A DNA stretch of 64,000 bases. Origin: Acidimicrobiia bacterium (GTDB lineage Bacteria > Actinomycetota > Acidimicrobiia > IMCC26256 > JAENVU01). The stretch spans positions 2,062 to 66,061 of the forward strand of contig JBBSAM010000022.1 of NCBI GenBank assembly GCA_038252255.1, in the 5' to 3' direction. A model generated the notes under the pieces. That model searched no databases, had not been told where the DNA came from, and saw only the letters and a list, made by a program, of their open reading frames with translations. Shown in pieces: positions 50,643 to 60,332 of this stretch; the first letter of the stretch is position 1; every line of letters starts with the position of its first letter. A program made the position numbers and the translations under genes.

Positions 50643-51616
50643 TGCTCGCGCTCCTTCCGGTACCACTCGTAGGTGCGGGTGAGGCCTTCGTGCAGCTGGA
50701 CGTGTGGCTCCCAGCCGAGCACCTCACGCGCCAGGCTGATGTCGGGCTGCCGTTGGGTCGGATCGTCTTCGGGCAACGGCTCGAACGAGATCTCGGACGA
50801 CGAGCCCGTGACCTCGAGCACCGTTCGGGCCAGCTCGAGGATCGTGAACTCGTTGGGGTTCCCGATGTTCATCGGCCCGATGTGGTCCGAGCCGAGCAGG
50901 CCGAGGATCCCGCTGATCAGGTCGTCGACGTAGCAGAACGACCGGGTCTGGTCACCCGCGCCGTACACGGTGAGCGGCTTGCCCTCCATGGCCTGGACGA
51001 GGAAGTTGGACACCACCCGCCCGTCCGCCGGCCGCAGGCGCGGCCCGTAGGTGTTGAAGATGCGCACGATGCGGACGTCGAGCCCGTGGGTGCGGTGATA
51101 CGCGAGCGTGAGCGCCTCCGCGAAGCGCTTCGCTTCGTCGTAGACACCTCGAGGGCCGATCGGGTTGACGTTGCCCCAGTACGACTCGGGCTGCGGGTGC
51201 ACCAGTGGATCGCCGTACACCTCGCTCGTGGAGGCGAGCAGGTAGCGCGCGTCCTTGGCCAGCGCGAGCCCGAGGGTGTTGTGGGTACCCAGCGCGCCGA
51301 CCTTCATCGTCTTGATGGGGTGCTCGAGGTAGTCCTCGGGGCTCGCCGGACTGGCGAAGTGCAGCACCGCGTCGACCGAGCCGGTGACGTGGATGAAGTT
51401 CGTGACGTCGTGAAGCTCGAAGGTGAACTCGGGGCGGCCGAGCAGGTTGTCCAGGTTCTCCATCCGGCCGGTGAGCAGGTTGTCGAGCCCCACCACGTCC
51501 CAGCCACCGTCGATGAGACGCTCGGTGAGATGTGACGCGAGAAATCCGGCTGCACCCGTGACGACCGCGCGCGGGCGTGGACGGTCCGTGGCTCGTCTCC
51601 GAGGCTGACCATCCAC
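50639..51616 (-). CDS. uxs: UDP-glucuronate decarboxylase (UDP-xylose synthase)
   Basis: [20 protein letters not shown], the Y-x3-K motif (YDEAKR), and RIFNTYGPR.....GRVVSNF are UXS hallmarks. Putative GTG 51616 overlaps the ugd stop by 1 nt (TAGTG). Confidence 0.8.
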   Translation of the reverse strand: MDGQPRRRATDRPRPRAVVTGAAGFLASHLTERLIDGGWDVVGLDNLLTGRMENLDNLLGRPEFTFELHDVTNFIHVTGSVDAVLHFASPASPEDYLEHPIKTMKVGALGTHNTLGLALAKDARYLLASTSEVYGDPLVHPQPESYWGNVNPIGPRGVYDEAKRFAEALTLAYHRTHGLDVRIVRIFNTYGPRLRPADGRVVSNFLVQAMEGKPLTVYGAGDQTRSFCYVDDLISGILGLLGSDHIGPMNIGNPNEFTILELARTVLEVTGSSSEISFEPLPEDDPTQRQPDISLAREVLGWEPHVQLHEGLTRTYEWYRKEREQ

Positions 51617-52914
51617 TACCGGCCCACTCCTTCGTAGAGGAAGCCACGGCGCCGCAGCGCCACGGGGTCGAGCAGGTTGCGGGCGTCGAGCACCCGGGGC
51701 TGGGCCAGCGCCGCGAGCACACGATCGAAGTCCAGCCAACGGAACTCGTCCCACTCGGTGAGCACCGCGAGCACTGCAGCACCATCGCACGCGTCGTAGG
51801 GGTCGGGGACGACCTCGAGCCCCGGGACCAGCGTGGCGGCGCGCTCCCCCGCCTCCGGGTCGTACGCGCGCACGATCGCGCCTTCCTCGATCAGCCGGCG
51901 GGCGATCACGAGTGCGGGCGAGTCACGGAGGTCGTCCGTGTTCGCCTTGAAGGTGAGCCCCCACAGCGCGATGACCGCACCCTCGAGCGATCCACCCGCC
52001 AGACCGCGCAGCTTCTCGACCATCCGCTCGTGCTGGCGTCGGTTCACCTCGATGACACCCTCGAGCAGCGAGAAGTCGTACCCGAAGCGGCGGGCCGTGT
52101 GCAGCAGCGCGGCAGTGTCCTTCGGGAAGCAGGATCCGCCGTAACCCGGACCCGGGTGCAGGAACTCGAATCCGATCCGCTGGTCGTAGCCCATGCCGAG
52201 CGCAACCTCGCGGACGTCGGCGTCGACGGACTCGCAGAGGTTGGCGATCGCGTTCACGAACGAGATCTTGGTCGCCAGGAACGCGTTGGACGCGTACTTG
52301 ATCATCTCGGCCGACGCCGGGTCCGTCACGAGGATCGGTGCGTTCAACGAGCGGTAGAGCCCGCTCACCCGGACCGCGACCGCGGGGTCGTCGCAGCCGA
52401 TCACCACCCGGTTCGGGTGCAGGAAGTCGCGTACGGACGATCCTTCGCGCAGGAACTCGGGGTTCGAGGCCACGCCGATCTCCTCCGCCGCACCGGACTC
52501 GGCGAGGATCCTCTGCACGAGCCGGGTCGAGCCCACCGGCATGGTCGACTTGTTGATCACGACCGCGTTCGGGCGTAGCACCGGTGCGATCTCGCGCGTG
52601 ACGTCCTCGACGAACGACAGGTCGGCGGCGCCGTCGTCCCCCTGGGGCGTGGGCACGCACAGGAAGACGAACTCTGCGGCCCCGGCGGCGTTGGCCGCGC
52701 CCACGACGAAGTTGAGCCGGCGCGAGGTCAGGCCCTCGTTGAGCAGCTCGGGCAGGCCGTCCTCGAGGATCGGGACCTCGCCCTTCAGGAGGGCGGTGAC
52801 CCGCTCGACGTTGATGTCGGCGCCCGTGACCCGGTGACCCATGCGGGCCAGGCACGCGGCGGTGGTCAGGCCGACGTACCCGGCGCCGATAACTGCAACC
52901 TCAGACATCCTCAT
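51616..52914 (-). CDS. ugd: UDP-glucose 6-dehydrogenase
   Basis: [19 protein letters not shown], and the catalytic region [10 protein letters not shown]. Confidence 0.85.
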   Translation of the reverse strand: MRMSEVAVIGAGYVGLTTAACLARMGHRVTGADINVERVTALLKGEVPILEDGLPELLNEGLTSRRLNFVVGAANAAGAAEFVFLCVPTPQGDDGAADLSFVEDVTREIAPVLRPNAVVINKSTMPVGSTRLVQRILAESGAAEEIGVASNPEFLREGSSVRDFLHPNRVVIGCDDPAVAVRVSGLYRSLNAPILVTDPASAEMIKYASNAFLATKISFVNAIANLCESVDADVREVALGMGYDQRIGFEFLHPGPGYGGSCFPKDTAALLHTARRFGYDFSLLEGVIEVNRRQHERMVEKLRGLAGGSLEGAVIALWGLTFKANTDDLRDSPALVIARRLIEEGAIVRAYDPEAGERAATLVPGLEVVPDPYDACDGAAVLAVLTEWDEFRWLDFDRVLAALAQPRVLDARNLLDPVALRRRGFLYEGVGR

Positions 52915-52935
52915 CGGCCTTTCGTGCGTTCGAGA

Positions 52936-53952
52936 TCACCGGTGTGCGCTCTCGGTCCAGGCATCCTCGGCGACCGGTGCCCGGTCCCTGAGGGGTTCCC
53001 ACCACGAGCGGTGCTTCGCGTACCACTCGACCGTGGCGCGAACCCCGGTGTCGAAGTCCACCTCGGGCTCCCATCCCAGCTCGCGGCGGATCTTCGCACT
53101 GTCGAGCAGGTACCGGCGATCATGGCCCGGGCGGTCGGGGACGATCGTCTTCAACGACGACGGCTTGCCGAGCACCTCGAGGACGACGTCGGCGATCTCC
53201 TCGATGCTCGCCTCGATCCCGCTCCCCACGTTGTAGGTCTCGCCTTCCCGGCCGCGGCCGAGGATGAGGTCGATCGCGGAGCAGTGGTCGAGCGCGTGGA
53301 GCCACTCCCGACGGTGCGCGGTGGAGGCGTAGAGCGGGAGCGGGACGTCGTCGAGCGCTCGCGACGTGAACAGCGGGATCACCTTCTCGGGGAACTGGTA
53401 CGGGCCGTAGTTGTTGGAGCAGTTCGAGATCGTGACCGGCAACCCGTAGGTCTCGTGGTAGGCGCGCACGATGTGGTCCGCCGCGGCCTTCGAGGCGTTG
53501 TACGGCGTGCGCGGCCGGTACGGAGAGTCCTCCGAGAAGGCTCCGGGATCGTCGAGGGCGAGATCGCCGTAGACCTCGCAGGTCGAGACGTGGTGGAAGC
53601 GGCTCACGCCCACGCGCCGGGCCGCCTCCAGCAGGCTCTGGGTACCCAGCACGTTGGTCCGCACGAACCGGCCGGGATCGAGCACGGCCAGGCTGTTGTG
53701 GGACTCGGCGGCGAAGTTCACGACGACGTCCACCTCGAGGTCCGCCAGGAGCGCCTCGAGGACCGGGAGGTCGGCGATGTCAGCCTGGACGAAGGTGATC
53801 CGGTCCTCGACGTCGGCGAGGTTCGGCCGGTTGCCCGCGTAGGTCAGGAGGTCGAGCGCCACGAGGCCGTCGGCGGGGTGCGATTCGGTCCAGTAGCGCA
53901 CGAAATTCGACCCGATGAAGCCGGCCGCGCCGGTCACGAGCAACGTGGGCAT
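52936..53952 (-). CDS. rmlB: dTDP-glucose 4,6-dehydratase
   Basis: LLVTGAAGFIGSNFVRY, AAESHNS, STCEVYG, YNASKAA and SNCSNNYGPYQFPEK. Confidence 0.85.
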   Translation of the reverse strand: MPTLLVTGAAGFIGSNFVRYWTESHPADGLVALDLLTYAGNRPNLADVEDRITFVQADIADLPVLEALLADLEVDVVVNFAAESHNSLAVLDPGRFVRTNVLGTQSLLEAARRVGVSRFHHVSTCEVYGDLALDDPGAFSEDSPYRPRTPYNASKAAADHIVRAYHETYGLPVTISNCSNNYGPYQFPEKVIPLFTSRALDDVPLPLYASTAHRREWLHALDHCSAIDLILGRGREGETYNVGSGIEASIEEIADVVLEVLGKPSSLKTIVPDRPGHDRRYLLDSAKIRRELGWEPEVDFDTGVRATVEWYAKHRSWWEPLRDRAPVAEDAWTESAHR

Positions 53953-54021
53953 CAGGGAATTCTAGGGCAGGGGAACCGAGACCCCGGACGGGAGTCGAAA
54001 AGGCGGACCCGGGCAGGCCGG

Positions 54022-55449
54022 CTAACAGGTCGGGCCGGCGGGCGCAGCCGGCTTGGTGGTGGCGCTCGACCCGGACGAGCTCTTCTTCGTCGTCGTCGTG
54101 GTGATCGAGGTCTTGGCCCCGGCCGGCGCGGTGATGCCCTGGTAGTCCTTGGCCAGCATGACGACGACGTCCGCGTCGGAGATCCGGGAGTCGGACACCA
54201 GCCGGCCGACACCGCCGAGGTAGACGGCCACGAGCTTGGCCTTGTCCTCGTTGCCGGGCCGGTAGTGGATCTCGGTCGCCGGGAGCGACTTGGTGTTGCC
54301 GACTCCGGCGGGGGCGAAGCTGTACCTCTGGAGGCCGGCGATCGCCTCGCCGGCTGCGCCCTCGACCCCGGAGCCGTTGAGCACCCGGACCCGGACCTGA
54401 GAGGGCAGGAGCTTCGGATTGATGTTGCTGCTGTTGGACGCGCCGAACGTCCGCAACCGGGCCAGCACCTCGTTGGCATCAGGCTGCTTGACGATGACAC
54501 TGGCGCCATCGGAGGCCGGTTGGACCGGCAGGGTGATCATCTCGATCGCGCTGTTGTCGTTCGGGTTGACCTTTCGGAACGTGTTGACGAGCCGGAAGAT
54601 GTCGGACTTCCCGAGCTGCGCGTCGATCTTGAGCTTCGGAATCGTCGCGTCCGCGATGTCGTACGCGGTGAGCGGGTTGGAGGCCCCCTTCGCCGCCGCG
54701 GCCGCGGCGAGGCGGCGGATGAAGTTCTGCTGGCGGGTGATGCGGTCGAGGTCGGCCCGCGGGCTCGCGTCCACCCACTTCCCGGCCTGCGCGTCGTAGG
54801 TCTCGAGGTGGCGGGCGCGGACGTACTCGAGCGCCTGGTCGCCGTCGAGCTGCACACAGCCGGCGTTCGGGATGTCGAGCCCCGAATAGCTGTCACGCGC
54901 CGGCGCGGGGAAGAAGACGGGGATCTTGCCGATCGCGTTCACGATCCCGACGAAGGCCTTGAAGTTCACCTCGACGTAGTGGTTGATCTGGATGTCGAAG
55001 TTGTCCCTGATCGTGTCGATCACCTTCTGCGGCCCGTCGTTGAACGCGGCGTTGATCTTCTCCCGGCCGTGACCGGCGATGTTGACGAGCAGGTCCCGGG
55101 GGAACGAGACGAGCAGGCTCGTCTTCGCTTCGGGGTCGATGTGCACCACCATCAACGTGTCGGAACGCGCCGGGCCCGTCTCCGCGGAGGTTCCGAACGC
55201 CTGCTGCTCGCCCGCGCTCTGCACGAAGTCGCGGGTGTCCGAGCCGATCACGAGGAAGTTGCCGGCCTGGCCCGGACCCGAGGGGAGCTTGAGGTTCCCG
55301 ATGCGGGGGATGTCGTCGAAGCGGCTGTTGATGACCTGGTTCGCGCCGACGATCCCGCCCGTCACGAGGACGAACGTCACGCCGAGCGCGATCACGTATC
55401 GACGGCCGAAGGCGCGCCAGGACGACGGAGAGAGAGCCACGGTGCGTCG
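54022..55449 (-). CDS. LytR-CpsA-Psr (LCP) family glycopolymer ligase with LytR_C domain
   Basis: It has an N-terminal TM, the LCP core (FLVIGSDTR..RSDTLMVVHID..SFPRDL..IN.AF), a C-terminal LytR_C-like segment (VRVLNGSG..G.A), and a Thr/Ser-rich tail. Start GTG 55449 is uncertain. Confidence 0.8.
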   Translation of the reverse strand, partial: RRTVALSPSSWRAFGRRYVIALGVTFVLVTGGIVGANQVINSRFDDIPRIGNLKLPSGPGQAGNFLVIGSDTRDFVQSAGEQQAFGTSAETGPARSDTLMVVHIDPEAKTSLLVSFPRDLLVNIAGHGREKINAAFNDGPQKVIDTIRDNFDIQINHYVEVNFKAFVGIVNAIGKIPVFFPAPARDSYSGLDIPNAGCVQLDGDQALEYVRARHLETYDAQAGKWVDASPRADLDRITRQQNFIRRLAAAAAAKGASNPLTAYDIADATIPKLKIDAQLGKSDIFRLVNTFRKVNPNDNSAIEMITLPVQPASDGASVIVKQPDANEVLARLRTFGASNSSNINPKLLPSQVRVRVLNGSGVEGAAGEAIAGLQRYSFAPAGVGNTKSLPATEIHYRPGNEDKAKLVAVYLGGVGRLVSDSRISDADVVVMLAKDYQGITAPAGAKTSITTTTTKKSSSGSSATTKPAAPAGPTC

Positions 55450-55518
55450 ATGGTACCGAAGAGCCTCCGAAAAGTGAGGGCAGGGAGCCGCACCGGGAGG
55501 CCCGGTACCCTGCAGGAG

Positions 55519-56748
55519 ATGGAGGTCGGGCCGATCCTGGCGGCACTGCCGGCCGAGCTGCCGGCCGCGGTCGGCTTCGACGGCTCGACGGTCGTCGTCG
55601 CCTGCGGCGCCGAGGAGATCGTGCTGGCGGACGGGCCCGCCGCATTCGCCCGCATCGACGGGCTCGGTCCGGGCTGGTGGGCCGGATTCCTCGCGTACGA
55701 CCTGGGTCGCAGCGTCGAGCAGGTGAGTCCCCGGATTCCGGCGCACATCGCACCATCCCTACCTGATGCGCTGTTCATACGATTCGCGGCCCATGCGCAG
55801 CTTGACCGGCGCGATGGCCGCTGCACCCGGCTGGTGGGCCGGGGCGGGGCCCGCCGGTTCCTCGAAGCTGCGCTCGACGCACCCGGGGACAGTGCCCCGG
55901 TGGCGCTCGGGCCGTGGTCCACGAGCCTCGCCCGCCCCGAATTCGAAGCCGGTGTGCGCACCATCGTCGAGCACATCGAAGCGGGCGACTGCTACCAGGT
56001 GAACCTGACCCGCCAGCTCGGCTGCGACGTCGAGGCCGACCCCGTCGCGCTCTGGAGCGCGCTGGAGAGCGGCAACCCCGCCCCGCACGGATCCTTCCTG
56101 CGCACGGGGGCCGACACCGGGATCGAGCTCGCCATCGTCTCGGCCTCGCCGGAGCGCTTCCTGCGCGTCGACGGGCGCGCCGTCGAGACGCGCCCGATCA
56201 AGGGAACCGACACCTCGCCGGCCCGGCTGCGTGCGAGCGCGAAGGACCGAGCCGAGAACGTGATGATCGTGGACCTCGCCCGCAACGACCTCGGGCGCGT
56301 CTGCGAACCCGGGTCGGTGCGCGTGCCCGGCTTGTGCGAGCTCGAGGCCCACCCCGGCCTCGTCCATCTCGTGAGCACCGTGCGGGGCTCGTTGCGCGAC
56401 GACGTCGGGCTCGGCGATCTGCTGCGGGCGACGTTCCCGCCCGCGTCGGTGACGGGTGCACCCAAGCCGCGCGTGCTGCAGGAGATCGAGGAGCTCGAGC
56501 CCGTGCGGCGCGGGATCTACTGCGGCGCCGTCGGCTGGATCGACACCGTCACCGACCGTGCGGATCTCTCGGTCGCGATTCGCAGCTTCGTGGTGACACC
56601 CGGCTCGACCCGGCTCGGCGTCGGTGGTGGCATCACTGCGGACTCGGACCCGGCGGCGGAATGGCGGGAGACCGAGCTCAAGGCCGCGCGCCTGCTCACC
56701 GTCGCGGGCACGCGTGACGACGCCGCGGTGTCCCTGGCCGGACGATGA
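55519..56748 (+). CDS. pabB: aminodeoxychorismate synthase component I (chorismate-binding enzyme)
   Basis: GDCYQVNLT, SASPERFL, RPIKGT, ENVMIVDLARND, PPASVTGAPK, RGIYCGAVG and GGGITADS. It is the only genuine part of the 1304-codon track ORF 52834..56748. Confidence 0.8.
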   Translation: MEVGPILAALPAELPAAVGFDGSTVVVACGAEEIVLADGPAAFARIDGLGPGWWAGFLAYDLGRSVEQVSPRIPAHIAPSLPDALFIRFAAHAQLDRRDGRCTRLVGRGGARRFLEAALDAPGDSAPVALGPWSTSLARPEFEAGVRTIVEHIEAGDCYQVNLTRQLGCDVEADPVALWSALESGNPAPHGSFLRTGADTGIELAIVSASPERFLRVDGRAVETRPIKGTDTSPARLRASAKDRAENVMIVDLARNDLGRVCEPGSVRVPGLCELEAHPGLVHLVSTVRGSLRDDVGLGDLLRATFPPASVTGAPKPRVLQEIEELEPVRRGIYCGAVGWIDTVTDRADLSVAIRSFVVTPGSTRLGVGGGITADSDPAAEWRETELKAARLLTVAGTRDDAAVSLAGR

Positions 56749-56761
56749 CGAAGCGGGTGCC

Positions 56762-57598
56762 GTGAAGCTCTGGGTCAACGGCCGGCTCGACGACCTGTCA
56801 AAACTGCGGATCTCGCCGCTCGACCACGGCCTGCTCGTCGGCGACGGGGTGTTCGAGACGTTGCGGGTCTACGGCGGCACGCCGTTCGCGTGGAGGCGCC
56901 ACTACGAGCGGCTGGCGCACAGTGCCGGCGGGATCGGCCTCCCCGCTCCCCCGTCGACCGACCTCAGGGCCGCCGCCGACGCCGTCCTCGACGCGAACCA
57001 GCTGCGCGAAGCCCGGCTGCGGATCACCGTCACCGGAGGCGAGGCACCGTTGGGCTCCGAACGCGGCGAGGCTGCGCCCACCGTCATCGTGGCGGCCAGC
57101 GAGCTGGCACCCCGATCCGAGGTGGCGGACGTCGTGACGGTCCCCTGGGCCCGGAACGAGCGCGGCGCGATCTCGGGCCTGAAGACGATCTCGTACGCCG
57201 AGAACGTGCGGGCCCTGGCCTACGCCCGGGAGCACGGCGCGGGCGAAGCGGTCTTCCCGAACACGCGGGGCGAGCTCTGCGAGGCGACCGGATCGAACGT
57301 GTTCCTCGTCTTCGCCGGCGTGCTGCACACTCCTCCCGCGGAGGCCGGCTGCCTCCTGGGGGTCACCCGCGCGCTGGTGCTCGAGCTCGCGGCCGGCATG
57401 GGGATCGCGATCGAGGAAGCCGCGCTCCCGCTCGACGCCCTGCACCGCGCGGACGAGGCGTTCCTCTCGTCCACGACGCGGGAGGTCCAGGCGATCGGAC
57501 GGGTGGACGGTCAGACCCTCCCGATCGCCCCGGGCCCGCTGACCACCCGGCTCGCAGACGCGTTCACGGAATTGGTCGCCGGCAACCCCGACCCCTGA
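56762..57598 (+). CDS. pabC: class IV aminotransferase-fold protein, probable aminodeoxychorismate lyase
   Basis: ..DHGLLVGDGVFETLRVY.., ..GLKT.SY..NV.A...A...GA.EA.F.N..G.L.E...SN.F.., and ..SSTTREV.. It lies directly downstream of pabB, starting at GTG 56762. Confidence 0.7.
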   Translation: MKLWVNGRLDDLSKLRISPLDHGLLVGDGVFETLRVYGGTPFAWRRHYERLAHSAGGIGLPAPPSTDLRAAADAVLDANQLREARLRITVTGGEAPLGSERGEAAPTVIVAASELAPRSEVADVVTVPWARNERGAISGLKTISYAENVRALAYAREHGAGEAVFPNTRGELCEATGSNVFLVFAGVLHTPPAEAGCLLGVTRALVLELAAGMGIAIEEAALPLDALHRADEAFLSSTTREVQAIGRVDGQTLPIAPGPLTTRLADAFTELVAGNPDP

Positions 57599-57605
57599 CA
57601 GATGC

Positions 57606-57653
57606 TTCTCGGCACGCTGAGTGGGCCCTGAACCCCCTAGAGCGTGCCGAGAA
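57606..57653. terminator. 13-bp perfect-stem hairpin between convergent pabC and birA
   Basis: TTCTCGGCACGCT (57606-57618) pairs with AGCGTGCCGAGAA (57641-57653) around a 22-nt loop. Confidence 0.5.
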
Positions 57654-57656
57654 CGA

Positions 57657-58382
57657 CTACCTCAAGTGGACGACGTCCCCTGCGGCGATGGTCTCGATCG
57701 CGCCGTTCACGTCGACGAGCAGGCGACCGCCGGTGTCCACGTCGATCGCCGTTCCGACAAGAGTGTCGGCCGCGCGCTCGACCCGCACCACGCGGCCGAG
57801 GGTGCCGAGCCGCTCGCGGTACTCACGCCGGGTCTCGTCGAGATCGGCGAGCCGCGCCTCGTAGCGCGCGAGGAAGGCGGCGAGCAGCTCCTCGCGGGCG
57901 ACCGGGTTGCCCCCCTCCAGGTTGCACGCGGTGGCGATCCCTTCGAGCTCGGCGGGGATCTCGGGCCAGTCGAGGTTCACCCCGATGCCGACGACCACCG
58001 CATCGCCCGCCGTCTCGGCGAGGATCCCGGCGAGCTTGCGGTCGTGGACGAGCAGGTCGTTCGGCCACTTCAGCTCGGCGACGACGCCGGTCGTCGTCGC
58101 GATGGCTTCCGCCATCGCGACGGCCGCCGCGACCACGACGACGTGACGCTCGTCCGCCGGGAGGCGGGGACGGAGGAGCACGGAGACGAGCAACGATGCG
58201 CCGGGCGGGGCGCTCCAGGTCCGGCCGAGCCGGCCTCGCCCGGCCCGCTGGTGATCGGCGACGACCACCAGGCCGTCGGGCGCACCCGATCCCGCCGCAT
58301 CGAGCACGTACTGGTTCGTCGAGTCCGTCTCCGCGAGCCAGCGCAGCTCACCGAAGCGCGGACTGGCTTCGGGATCCGGCAC
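57657..58382 (-). CDS. birA: biotin--[acetyl-CoA-carboxylase] ligase (no N-terminal HTH)
   Basis: TDSTNQ, the biotin-binding loop QRAGRGRLGRTWSAPPG, and KWPNDLL..D.KL.GIL.E. Confidence 0.8.
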   Translation of the reverse strand: MPDPEASPRFGELRWLAETDSTNQYVLDAAGSGAPDGLVVVADHQRAGRGRLGRTWSAPPGASLLVSVLLRPRLPADERHVVVVAAAVAMAEAIATTTGVVAELKWPNDLLVHDRKLAGILAETAGDAVVVGIGVNLDWPEIPAELEGIATACNLEGGNPVAREELLAAFLARYEARLADLDETRREYRERLGTLGRVVRVERAADTLVGTAIDVDTGGRLLVDVNGAIETIAAGDVVHLR

Positions 58383-58426
58383 GGCCCGTAGGATACGGCG
58401 ACCCCGTCCCCCTGGCAGAGGTGCTC

Positions 58427-60265
58427 GTGCTCCAGAAGATCCTGATCGCCAACCGTGGCGAGATCGCTGTCCGCGTCATGCGGACCTGTCGCGAGCTGGG
58501 AATCCCCACGGTCGCCGTCTACTCCGAGCTGGACCGTGACGCGCTCCACGTCCGCTACGCCGACGAGGCGTACGCGCTCGGCGGCCAGACCGCGGCCGAG
58601 AGCTACCTGAACACCGACGCGATCCTCGGTGTGATCGAGCGATCCGGTGCGGACGGCGTCCATCCCGGCTACGGCTTCTACGCCGAGAACGCCGAGTTCG
58701 CCCGCGTCATCGGCGACCGTGGCGTCACCTGGATCGGCCCGCCACCCGAGGCGATCGACGTCATGGGCGACAAGATCTCCGCTCGCCGCGCCGCGGACCG
58801 GGGCGGTGTCGCGAGCGTCCCCGGCACCCTCGACCCGATCGAGAGCGCCGACGACGTCATCGCGTTCGGCGAGAAGGTCGGGTGGCCGGTCGCGATCAAG
58901 GCTGCGTACGGCGGCGGCGGGCGCGGCATGAAGGTCGTGCACGACGCGGCGCACGCCCAGTCGGCGCTCGATTCTGCGCAGCGTGAGGCCCAGGCGTACT
59001 TCGGCCGGCCCGAGGCGTATCTCGAGAAGTACCTCCCCCGGCCGCGCCACATCGAGATGCAGGTCTTCGCCGACACCCACGGCAACGCGGTGTGGCTCGG
59101 CGAGCGGGACTGCTCGGTGCAGCGCCGTCACCAGAAGCTGGTCGAGGAGTCGCCGGCGCCCGGGCTGAGCGACACGATGCGCGCGGCGATGGGCGAGGCC
59201 GCGGTGAAGGTCGCGAAGGCGTGCGGCTACGTGAACGCCGGCACGGTGGAGATGCTCTACCAACCGGCCGAGAGCACCTCGGTGCAGGCACGAAGTGCGG
59301 GGACCGGATCGACCCAGAGCGGCGACGGCTCCGAGGACGGCGAGTTCTACTTCCTCGAGATGAACACCCGGCTCCAGGTCGAGCACTGCGTCACCGAGAT
59401 GGTCACGGCACTCGACCTCGTAGCCGAGCAGATCCGTGTCGCGAGCGGCGAGCCCCTGTCGTTCACCCAGGACTCCGTGGAGCGCCGCGGGCACGCGATC
59501 GAGGTGCGGATCAACGCCGAGAACGCGGCCAAGGGCTTCCTGCCGTCACCCGGCACGGTCGCCAAGCTGCGCATCCCGTCCGGGCCCGGTGTGCGCTGGG
59601 ACGGCGGGTACGAAGAGGGCGACACGATCTCGCAGTACTACGACAACCTGCTCGCCAAGCTCATCGTGTGGGCGCCCGACCGCGACCGGGCCCGGCACCG
59701 GATGCTGCGGGCGTTGCGGGAGCTCGTCGTCGACGGGATCCACACCACGGTCCCGGCACACGAGCTCGTGCTCGCCCACCCGGACTTCGCCGCGGGGCGC
59801 CACGCGACGAACTGGCTCGAGAACGAGGTCGACCTCTCCGGCCTGACCTCGGAAGCGAGTCCCGGCGGCACCACCGCGGCCACGGATCCCGACGCGCTCG
59901 TCGAGCGCACCGTGCCCGTCGAGGTCGACGGCAAGCGCTTCAACGTCCGGGTCTGGCTTCCCGACGCCCCGGTCGCCGGCGGCAGTGGAGGACCGGCGCG
60001 CGGGAAGCGTGCGCCGAAGCCCAAGGCGGCCGGCTCGACCAGTGGCGGTGGCAACGGCACCGTGATCGCGCCCATGCAGGGCACGATCGTCAAGGTGCTC
60101 GTGAGCGCGGGCGAGACGGTGGCGCCGGGGCAGGCGCTCCTCGTGCTCGAAGCCATGAAGATGGAGAACCAGATCAGCAGCGAGTCCGGTGGAACCGTCG
60201 CCGAGGTGCGCGTGAGTGCCGGCGAGGGTGTCGGCACGGGCGACGTGCTCGTCATCATCGAGTGA
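58427..60265 (+). CDS. accA: acyl-CoA carboxylase alpha subunit (biotin carboxylase + BCCP)
   Basis: KILIANRGEIAVR, the ATP-grasp motifs (KAAYGGGGRGMKVV, EMNTRLQVEH), and the C-terminal biotinyl motif EAMKMEN. The start is GTG 58427 or 58421. Confidence 0.85.
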   Translation: MLQKILIANRGEIAVRVMRTCRELGIPTVAVYSELDRDALHVRYADEAYALGGQTAAESYLNTDAILGVIERSGADGVHPGYGFYAENAEFARVIGDRGVTWIGPPPEAIDVMGDKISARRAADRGGVASVPGTLDPIESADDVIAFGEKVGWPVAIKAAYGGGGRGMKVVHDAAHAQSALDSAQREAQAYFGRPEAYLEKYLPRPRHIEMQVFADTHGNAVWLGERDCSVQRRHQKLVEESPAPGLSDTMRAAMGEAAVKVAKACGYVNAGTVEMLYQPAESTSVQARSAGTGSTQSGDGSEDGEFYFLEMNTRLQVEHCVTEMVTALDLVAEQIRVASGEPLSFTQDSVERRGHAIEVRINAENAAKGFLPSPGTVAKLRIPSGPGVRWDGGYEEGDTISQYYDNLLAKLIVWAPDRDRARHRMLRALRELVVDGIHTTVPAHELVLAHPDFAAGRHATNWLENEVDLSGLTSEASPGGTTAATDPDALVERTVPVEVDGKRFNVRVWLPDAPVAGGSGGPARGKRAPKPKAAGSTSGGGNGTVIAPMQGTIVKVLVSAGETVAPGQALLVLEAMKMENQISSESGGTVAEVRVSAGEGVGTGDVLVIIE

Positions 60266-60332
60266 CGAGCGCACGCGGGAGCGGGCACGAAGTGCGTACG
60301 CCGCAACGACCCGGACGGTAGGTTCACCGTCG

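Noticed and set aside
52834-56748. A 1304-codon ORF on the + strand, the longest in the track.
   Set aside because: Only the last 409 codons (from ATG 55519) show real motifs, those of the PabB chorismate-binding enzyme. The first 2.7 kb runs antisense to rmlB and the LCP gene and translates to Arg/Gly/Val/Asp-rich low-information sequence. In roughly 70% GC DNA, stop codons are rare on the antisense strand.
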